From Microcystis aeruginosa NIES-2549 (lineage in GTDB: Bacteria > Cyanobacteriota > Cyanobacteriia > Cyanobacteriales > Microcystaceae), in assembly GCF_000981785.2 (NCBI RefSeq), contig NZ_CP011304.1:1680001-1712000 (forward strand): DNA of 32,000 bases. Direction: 5' to 3'. Shown one piece after another: positions 9,223 to 15,434 of the stretch. Under the pieces are notes generated by a model that had not been told where the DNA came from, ran no database searches, and saw nothing but the letters and a program-made list of their open reading frames with translations. Each line of letters starts with the position of its first letter. The first letter of the stretch is position 1. The translations under genes and the position numbers were made by a program.

Positions 9223-9597
9223 ATGAAATTTTTGCCGATCGCTCTCGCTACATTCAGCCTTCTGAGTTTATCTGTCAATATTCCCCCTACTGTGGCCACA
9301 CAACAGCTTTTTTGTCGAGGCCGCATGAATAACGGTTGGTCCTATTCAGCAGAATTTATCAATGGACGTTTTGAGCGCATTCGCTGGACGCGCTCCGGTC
9401 AACCTCCCCAAGTTTCTAGCCTTAGTTTTAAAAATACCAACAACAAAGGACAGCCGATTTATCGCGGCAGTTTATTCGCCGCAGTCAGTGTCACTCTGAT
9501 AGACTTATCCAAAGGAGATGTCCGTCCCGGTTCGCAAATTTCCGTGGGAGTGGAAGAATGGGGTTGGTCGCGGGGAAACTGCGGTTTTAACAGTTGA
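9223..9597 (+). CDS. Hypothetical secreted protein
   Basis: Signal-peptide-like MKFLPIALATFSLLSLSVNIPPTVA. The ORF track lists an upstream GTG at 9211. No recognised domain. Confidence 0.55.
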   Translation: MKFLPIALATFSLLSLSVNIPPTVATQQLFCRGRMNNGWSYSAEFINGRFERIRWTRSGQPPQVSSLSFKNTNNKGQPIYRGSLFAAVSVTLIDLSKGDVRPGSQISVGVEEWGWSRGNCGFNS

Positions 9598-9599
9598 CA

Positions 9600-9946
9600 T
9601 CCTCGCCGCCCTAAAAGTGCGGCGATTCCTAAACCTCACGATTTAAGTTTCTGCTTCCACCACCGTCGCATACCACAGTTAAAAAACCATGTACTGTCTT
9701 ACACAGAGTCCACAGACTTTCGCCCCATTTCAGAAGCCCGATTCCGTGTGTCCCACGGTACGTTGACCGCCTATAGCTTCTTGTACTTGTTGCGCGCGAC
9801 TTTTTACCCGGCCAAGCTTTTCTGGTCGGAACCCCCTAAGCCGAGTTTTCAAGGTGCTGCGCCGTCCACTTGGTTTTCGAGACTGGCCTTTTAATTCTAA
9901 CGTAAAGCCGCCGTAGAACGGCGGGGTTTCAGACCCAAAATTTCCG
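9600..9946 (-). pseudogene. tnpB: Heavily decayed IS200/IS605-family TnpB 3' end / right-end relic
   Basis: Minus-strand translation, changing frame, gives ...SRAQQVQEAIGGQRTVGHTESGF / LKWGESLWTLCKTVHGF..GGGSRNLNREV*ESPHF*GGED. These resemble conserved C-terminal tails of cyanobacterial TnpB proteins. Several frameshifts and stops, and the Cys residues are lost. A CCGCCG-TAGAA-CGGCGG hairpin lies near 9912-9928. Confidence 0.4.
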
Positions 9947-11983
9947 ATGAACAACTTCGGTGACAAGGTAAGTTTTATTTGGAGTATCGCGGATTTAATC
10001 CGCGACACCTTTAAGCGCGGCAAATATCAAGATGTCATCTTGCCTTTCACCGTGCTGCGTCGCCTCGACTGCGTGTTAGAGCCGACCAAAGAGGAGGTCT
10101 TAGCAGCCTACCACCAGTACAAAGACAAGCTCGACAATCTCGATCCTCTCCTCTGCAAAAAATCAGGATTTGCCTTCTATAACAGTTGTCCCTACGACTT
10201 CGAGAAACTCCTCGATGATCCCAAACAGTTGGCCGCTAACCTCAAGCTCTACATCAACAGTTTTAGCGGCAATATGCGCGAGGTGTTAGAGAAGTTCGAC
10301 TTTGCCAACACCATCGACAAGCTGGAACAATCAGACCTGCTCTTTCTCGTCACCGAGCGCTTTCAGAACATCGATTTACACCCCGATAAGGTTTCTAACC
10401 TAGAGATGGGATACATCTTTGAGGAACTCATCCGCAAGTTTAACGAAGCTCTCGATGAAAATCCGGGGGAACACTTCACACCCCGGGAAGTGATTCAGTT
10501 AATGGTTAACCTCATCTTCTCCCCGGACAAAACACAGTTAAGCCAAGAATACATTACTCGCAGCGTTTACGATCCCTGCTGCGGTTCCGGGGGAATGCTG
10601 ACCATTGCCAAGGATCGGATTTTGGAACTCAACCCCAAGGCCCAGGTTTTTCTCTTTGGCCAGGAAGTCAACCCGGAGACCTTTGCTGTGTGTAAATCTG
10701 ACCTCTACATGAAAAGTGTGGACGGTAAGGACGCTGAAAATATCAAGTTTGGCAGCACCCTTTCCCAGGACCAGCACAGTGACAAAACCTTTGACTATCT
10801 CCTGGCCAATCCACCCTACGGCAAGGACTGGAAGCGAGATAAGGAGGCAGTGGAGACAGAGGCACAAAAAGCGGGCAGCCGATTTTCAGCAGGAACACCC
10901 CGCATCAGTGACGGACAACTTCTTTTTCTACAGCACATGATTGCACGCATGAAGCCGGAGACCCAAGGAGGCAGCCGCGTGGCGATTGTTATGAACGGTT
11001 CGCCATTGTTTACCGGGGATGCGGGAAGTGGGGAGAGCGAGATCCGGCGCTGGATTTTGGAAAATGACTGGCTCGAAGCAATCATCGCTCTGCCGAATGA
11101 CCTATTTTATAACACCGGCATTGCCACATATATCTGGGTATTGACCAACCACAAGGCTGCTGAGAGGAGGGGTAAGGTGCAGCTGATTAATGCCTCCGAG
11201 TTTTGGCTGCCGATGCGGAAGAGTCTTGGCAGCAAGCGCCGGGAGATTAGTTCCCAGCATATTCGGGAGATAACTGAAATTTTCCAGAGTTTTCAACCCT
11301 CAGAGGTGAGTAAGATTTTTGATAGGGAAGATTTCGGCTACCGCAAGATTACCGTAGAGCGTCCCTTGAGGCTCAATTTTCAGGCATCACCGGAGCGGAT
11401 TGAGCGATTGAAAGAGCAGAGCGCGTTTGCTAGTTTGGCAGTGAGCAAGAAGAAAAGTGATGAAATGAAGGGGATCGAGGAACAGGCCGGCAAGGAACAA
11501 CAAAGGCTGATTTTAGACATTCTTAATAGTTTTCCCGATACTTTATATCAGGATCGAGGGGAATTTGAGAAGGTGCTAAAGAAAGGGATGAAAACCAAGG
11601 GAATAACGCTCGCACCAGCAGTTTATAAGGCGATTCTTTCGGCTCTTTCTGAGCGGGACGAATCGGCTAATATTTGTCTGGATAAACAGGGTAATCCCGA
11701 ACCGGATACGGATTTAAGAGATACGGAAAATGTACCACTTAAACAGGATATTAATGACTATTTCGATCGAGAAGTTCTCCCCCATGTAACCGATGCTTGG
11801 ATTAGTGACACGGTGCGGGATATTAGGGACGGTGCGCTTGGAAAGGTGGGGTATGAGATTAATTTTAATCGCTATTTTTATAAGTATCAGCCACCGCGAA
11901 CTTTAGAGGCAATTGAAGCTGATATTAAGGAAGTGGAAGGGGAGATTTTAGCCATGTTAACAAGTCTAGAGGAGAGAATTTGA
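9947..11983 (+). CDS. hsdM: Type I restriction-modification system, DNA methyltransferase subunit M (long form, 678 aa)
   Basis: HsdM N-terminal-like FIWSIADLIRDTFKRGKYQDVILPFTVLRRLD. SAM motif I YDPCCGSGGML. Catalytic motif IV LANPPYG. The gene is followed on the same strand by hsdS, and hsdR lies 3.4 kb downstream. Confidence 0.95.
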   Translation: MNNFGDKVSFIWSIADLIRDTFKRGKYQDVILPFTVLRRLDCVLEPTKEEVLAAYHQYKDKLDNLDPLLCKKSGFAFYNSCPYDFEKLLDDPKQLAANLKLYINSFSGNMREVLEKFDFANTIDKLEQSDLLFLVTERFQNIDLHPDKVSNLEMGYIFEELIRKFNEALDENPGEHFTPREVIQLMVNLIFSPDKTQLSQEYITRSVYDPCCGSGGMLTIAKDRILELNPKAQVFLFGQEVNPETFAVCKSDLYMKSVDGKDAENIKFGSTLSQDQHSDKTFDYLLANPPYGKDWKRDKEAVETEAQKAGSRFSAGTPRISDGQLLFLQHMIARMKPETQGGSRVAIVMNGSPLFTGDAGSGESEIRRWILENDWLEAIIALPNDLFYNTGIATYIWVLTNHKAAERRGKVQLINASEFWLPMRKSLGSKRREISSQHIREITEIFQSFQPSEVSKIFDREDFGYRKITVERPLRLNFQASPERIERLKEQSAFASLAVSKKKSDEMKGIEEQAGKEQQRLILDILNSFPDTLYQDRGEFEKVLKKGMKTKGITLAPAVYKAILSALSERDESANICLDKQGNPEPDTDLRDTENVPLKQDINDYFDREVLPHVTDAWISDTVRDIRDGALGKVGYEINFNRYFYKYQPPRTLEAIEADIKEVEGEILAMLTSLEERI

Positions 11984-12207
11984 GCATGACCCTACGAGAG
12001 AAGATGCGGGAGTATTTAGAAAATGGCTTACAATTAGGATGGTTAATCGATACAAAAAGTAAAACCGTTGAGATTTATCGAGCTAATCAAGAGGTGGAAG
12101 TTCTGCACAATCCCACACATTTATCAGGTGAGAATATTCTAACTGATTTTGTTTTAGATTTGGACGATCCCCCCCACCCCCCTTCAAAAGGGGGGAGAAG
12201 CAAATAA
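11980..12207 (+). pseudogene. Uma2-family nuclease C-terminal stump (catalytic N-terminal two-thirds missing)
   Basis: LREKMREYLENGLQLGWLIDTKSKTVEIYR...SGENILTDFVLDL aligns by eye with the last ~60 aa of the intact Uma2 gene at 5166-5768. The start overlaps the hsdM stop. The tail (PPHPPSKGG) runs into a C6-TTCAAAA-G6 hairpin at 12177-12195. Confidence 0.6.
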
Positions 12208-12227
12208 AATAAAAAAGAGGTGTCAAA

Positions 12228-12473
12228 ATGCCAGTAATTAAATTACGCTCTCATATCGGCGAAGATGGGATGTTACATTTAGATATTCCCCCTGAGTTTA
12301 AAGGTCAGGAAGTGGATGTAACAGTAACTGTTGAACCTATTACAGAGGAGAAAACCAAAACAAAGGAAACCTTATCTCAAGCAAGGGAAAGATTTGCTAA
12401 AGTGCGAGAACATTTTCAAGGAAGAAATTTTTTGGATAGCACAGAATTATTAAGAGAGGATAGACAAAGGTGA
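12228..12473 (+). CDS. VapB-like antitoxin (small beta-rich N-terminus, charged C-terminus), now orphaned
   Basis: A GAGG SD lies 7 nt upstream. The stop overlaps (GTGA) the start of a PIN-toxin N-terminal fragment. The MPVIKLRSHIGEDGMLHLDIPPEFKGQEVDVTVTV pattern is typical of short cyanobacterial antitoxins. Confidence 0.6.
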   Translation: MPVIKLRSHIGEDGMLHLDIPPEFKGQEVDVTVTVEPITEEKTKTKETLSQARERFAKVREHFQGRNFLDSTELLREDRQR

Positions 12474-12565
12474 CGAGTTTTGTTGTTGATGCTAATGTAG
12501 CTATCAAATGGGTGTTAACAGAAATTTATACAGATAACGGTTCTCGCTTATTAAGTCCCCAGTGA
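12470..12565 (+). pseudogene. VapC (PIN-domain toxin) N-terminal fragment, 31 codons
   Basis: Hand translation VTSFVVDANVAIKWVLTEIYTDNGSRLLSPQ*. The FVVDANVAIKW block is the first PIN acidic motif. The ORF ends where the next antitoxin gene starts (TGATG at 12563-12567). Confidence 0.6.
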
Positions 12566-12804
12566 TGAATATCTATCAGAAAACCTTGGTTATTCAAGAT
12601 CCCAATCAGCTTGTTTTGTCTGATTTACCTTTTCAAAAAGGTCAGCAAGTAGAAGTAATGATTATTGCCAAAAATTATGACAGGGAAGCTCTAGCTAATA
12701 AGTTACGAGATTTCTTTAAAGAAGTCCAAGCTTTACACGCTGACAATCCTTTGACTGAAGAGGAAATTGAGGCTGAAATTGAGGATTATAGAAGAGGAAA
12801 ATGA
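12565..12804 (+). CDS. Antitoxin partner of the downstream PIN toxin
   Basis: A 79-aa ORF (a GTG alternative exists at 12562) with a 4-nt ATGA overlap to the toxin gene. It has an acidic C-terminus, LTEEEIEAEIEDYRRGK. Confidence 0.6.
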   Translation: MNIYQKTLVIQDPNQLVLSDLPFQKGQQVEVMIIAKNYDREALANKLRDFFKEVQALHADNPLTEEEIEAEIEDYRRGK

Positions 12805-13208
12805 AGGTTGTAATCGATACTAATGTTGTTATTTCTGCCGCAATAGCTGACAGAAACCCGGAAAAAATAATTCTCTTTGTAGTATCTAACCCAGATTTTT
12901 ACTGGATAGTATCACCGGATATTTTAGCAGAATATAGAGAGGTTTTATCCCGAAAACGGTTAAAGCTAACTAATGAGCAGAAACAATACTGGTTGACTCT
13001 TACAAGTGCCGTTACTTTTGTCGTCGATATTAATTTAGAAATTGATTTCCCCAGAGATAGAAAAGATGCTAAGTTTTTAGCCTGTGCAATTGTTAATAAT
13101 GCTGATTACTTTATTACAGGAGACAAGGACTTTGATGAAGTTAAAAATCTAGGCCATACCAAGATTATTTCAGTTTCTCTTTTTCAGACAAAATATCAAA
13201 TAAAATAG
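12801..13208 (+). CDS. PIN-domain toxin (PIN_3 / TIGR00305-like)
   Basis: MKVVIDTNVVISAAI (first acidic motif), DAKFLACAI, and ADYFITGDKDF (C-terminal acidic motif). Translationally coupled to the upstream antitoxin. Confidence 0.85.
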   Translation: MKVVIDTNVVISAAIADRNPEKIILFVVSNPDFYWIVSPDILAEYREVLSRKRLKLTNEQKQYWLTLTSAVTFVVDINLEIDFPRDRKDAKFLACAIVNNADYFITGDKDFDEVKNLGHTKIISVSLFQTKYQIK

Positions 13209-13229
13209 TAACCTAAGAGCTAGATTAAT

Positions 13230-14474
13230 ATGATGACAAAAAAATGGCAGCCTTATCCTACTTATAAGGATTCTGGAGTTGAATGGTTGGGTAAAATTCC
13301 AGAGCATTGGAAGGTGAAGAAATGCAAGCAATTGTCACTTATAAAAAGAGGTGCATCACCCAGACCAATTGATGATCCTTCTTTCTTCGATGATGATGGA
13401 GCCTACTCGTGGGTGAGAATTTCAGACGTTACTGCTAGTAATAAGTATTTAGAAACAAGCGAACAAAAATTATCCGAACTTGGTAAATCGAAAAGTATTG
13501 CTCTTGAACCCGGAGAACTATTTGTAAGCATTTGTGCCACCGTCGGTAAGCCAATAATTACAAACATCAAATGTTGTATCCATGATGGCTTTGTTTATTT
13601 CCCTTTTCTTAAAGAAAACAGGGAATATCTTTTTTATATTTTTTCAGGAGGTGAACTTTATAAAGGTGTGGGTAAACAAGGAACTCAACTCAACCTAAAT
13701 ACTGATATTATTGGTGATATTAAGCTTCCCATCCCCCCCCTTCCTGAACAACAAAAAATCGCCCAATTTCTCGACCAAGAAACCAGCAAAATTGATAAAC
13801 TAATCACCAAGAAAGAGCGCTTAATCAAACTCCTTAAAGAGAAGCGCACCGCACTGATTAGCCATGCAGTCACCAAAGGACTTAACCCAGATGTTCCGAT
13901 GAAGGATTCTGGGGTTGAATGGTTGGGTGAAATTCCAGAACATTGGGAGGTGAAGAGAGTAAAATATGCCTTCATTTTGCAACGAGGATATGATTTATCC
14001 AGCGACCAATTGATAGAAGGCATTTATCCCGTATGTGCTTCTAATGGAGTTATTGGGTTTCATAATAAATTTAATGTCAAGGCTCCCTGTATTACTGTGG
14101 GTAGAAGTGGAAGTGTGGGAGAGATAAATTACATTGAAAATGATTTTTGGGCGCACAATACAGCATTATTTGTGAAAGAATTTATAAATTCTATACCGAG
14201 ATTTATATTCTATATATTGCTAATCCTTGATACTAAACGTCTGAGTGCTGGCAGTGCCGTTGGAACATTAAACAGGAATTATATCCATGAATTATTGACC
14301 CCTCTCCCCCCCATTCCCGAACAACAAAAAATCGCCCAATTCCTAGACCGAGAAACCGGCAAAATTGACAACCTAATCACCAAAACTCGCACCAGTATTG
14401 ACCATCTCAAAGAATATCGCACCGCGTTAATTTCAGCCGCCGTTACTGGTAAAATAGACGTGAGGGAACATTAA
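13230..14474 (+). CDS. hsdS: Type I restriction-modification system, specificity subunit S (two target-recognition domains)
   Basis: Duplicated architecture. DSGVEWLG(K/E)IPEHW(K/E)VK(K/R) opens each half. P(L/I)PEQQKIAQFLD(Q/R)ET(S/G)KID.LI.K...L.E(K/Y)RTALIS.AVTG closes each half (central and C-terminal conserved helices). Confidence 0.93.
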   Translation: MMTKKWQPYPTYKDSGVEWLGKIPEHWKVKKCKQLSLIKRGASPRPIDDPSFFDDDGAYSWVRISDVTASNKYLETSEQKLSELGKSKSIALEPGELFVSICATVGKPIITNIKCCIHDGFVYFPFLKENREYLFYIFSGGELYKGVGKQGTQLNLNTDIIGDIKLPIPPLPEQQKIAQFLDQETSKIDKLITKKERLIKLLKEKRTALISHAVTKGLNPDVPMKDSGVEWLGEIPEHWEVKRVKYAFILQRGYDLSSDQLIEGIYPVCASNGVIGFHNKFNVKAPCITVGRSGSVGEINYIENDFWAHNTALFVKEFINSIPRFIFYILLILDTKRLSAGSAVGTLNRNYIHELLTPLPPIPEQQKIAQFLDRETGKIDNLITKTRTSIDHLKEYRTALISAAVTGKIDVREH

Positions 14475-14478
14475 AGCC

Positions 14479-14529
14479 ATGCACATTATAACTCGCAAGC
14501 CTTTAAACGAATTTGCGGAGAGATACTAG
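14479..14529 (+). pseudogene. HigB-family toxin N-terminal stump (16 codons)
   Basis: MHIITRKPLNEFAERY* resembles the conserved N-terminus of HigB-type toxins (MHIISRK.L.EF...). It ends in TAG exactly where the GTAGGGTTG-type repeats begin. Confidence 0.45.
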
Positions 14530-14850
14530 GGTTGATTTATAGTAGGGTTGATTCATGAATCAACCCTACCCTTAGTCCCCTCTTGATAAGGGTGGTATCT
14601 GATAATTTTTAACGGCTACCTACTTAAGTAGGGTTGACTGAATAAATGTGAAATGTAGGCAAGGTAAGGGTTTTGTGGTTTTTCTCGTGAAACAGGTGCC
14701 AGATTTTGAGAGAATTGTGCTTCAAAACCTTGCGTCTTCATCAGTCTGCGTCCTGTAGGGGCGAAGCATTCGGGCAATAACCTATCGGTGAAACTGTAGA
14801 TTTTTTATCCGAATGCTTCGCCCGTACTTTTTCAGCCAACCCTACATAAA
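14530..14850. mobile_element. Cluster of MITE-like palindromic repeats
   Basis: A perfect 28-nt palindrome GTAGGGTTGATTCATGAATCAACCCTAC (14542-14569). A CCTACTTAAGTAGG palindrome followed by another GTAGGGTTGA (about 14618-14637). A 19-nt inverted repeat GTAGGGGCGAAGCATTCGG (14755-14773) / CCGAATGCTTCGCCCGTAC (14809-14827). A terminal CAACCCTAC at about 14837-14845. Confidence 0.55.
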
Positions 14851-14859
14851 TATTTCCCA

Positions 14860-15078
14860 CTAGACATGATAACTAAGTGCGGGTGTGGTTAATAATTCAA
14901 TTTGTGATTCTGCTACCTCTACCGTATCTTGAAAAATTAAGCCTTCTAAACTGTATCCATCTTCCTCACCTTCAGCCCTCTGGTAATATTCAACAACTGT
15001 TCCAATACTCCCTTTTTTTAAACCATATTCAGGAATATCTTCTCTTAAAGAAACTTGGGAAAATAGTTTAAATTTCAT
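14860..15078 (-). CDS. DUF4926-like small protein (72 aa), second gene of a two-gene module
   Basis: The ATG at 15078 (MKFKLFSQVSLREDIPEYGLKKGSIGTVVEYY...) is preceded by TAGGAGCAAGGAAC. The longer track ORF (start 15141) would overlap the upstream gene by 52 nt and has no SD. The family call is from memory. Confidence 0.6.
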   Translation of the reverse strand: MKFKLFSQVSLREDIPEYGLKKGSIGTVVEYYQRAEGEEDGYSLEGLIFQDTVEVAESQIELLTTPALSYHV

Positions 15079-15089
15079 GTTCCTTGCTC

Positions 15090-15407
15090 CTAACTGGGGA
15101 ATAACGTTACAAACTTTGTTTCTCGATCTGTTACCATCCAAATTGTTTTTATAGGTAAAATTCTGCCATTTGGCGCAGTTAACTCACCGGTGATTTTATA
15201 CTTTTGCCCATACCTAGTCTTAGTTGTTGGCGTAGCTTCTAAAGTTAAAATCTGTTGACGCAAGTCCCGCTCAAGTTCTTGCCAGTTACCTAAAGTATAG
15301 CCTCCCAGTGCCAGATATTGTGACTTGTCATCCTTCGGTAAAAAAACCAACAAATACTGAGTAAGTTTGGTTTCAGAGATAATGGCATTAACATCTAAGT
15401 AGGGCAT
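15090..15407 (-). CDS. DUF6883-like protein (105 aa), first gene of a two-gene module
   Basis: ISETKLTQYLL...LALGGYTLGNWQELERDL...GQKYKITGELTAPNGRILPIKTIWMV...KFVTLFP matches my recollection of the DUF6883 pattern. Its TAG stop is part of the SD of the next gene. Confidence 0.6.
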   Translation of the reverse strand: MPYLDVNAIISETKLTQYLLVFLPKDDKSQYLALGGYTLGNWQELERDLRQQILTLEATPTTKTRYGQKYKITGELTAPNGRILPIKTIWMVTDRETKFVTLFPS

Positions 15408-15434
15408 AATATTGACAATGAGCAGTCTAAAGAC

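Noticed and set aside
9730-10023. 97-aa minus-strand ORF overlapping the hsdM start
   Set aside because: It overlaps the well-supported hsdM N-terminus. Its distal half is one frame of the decayed TnpB relic. I treat it as a pseudogene remnant, not a gene.
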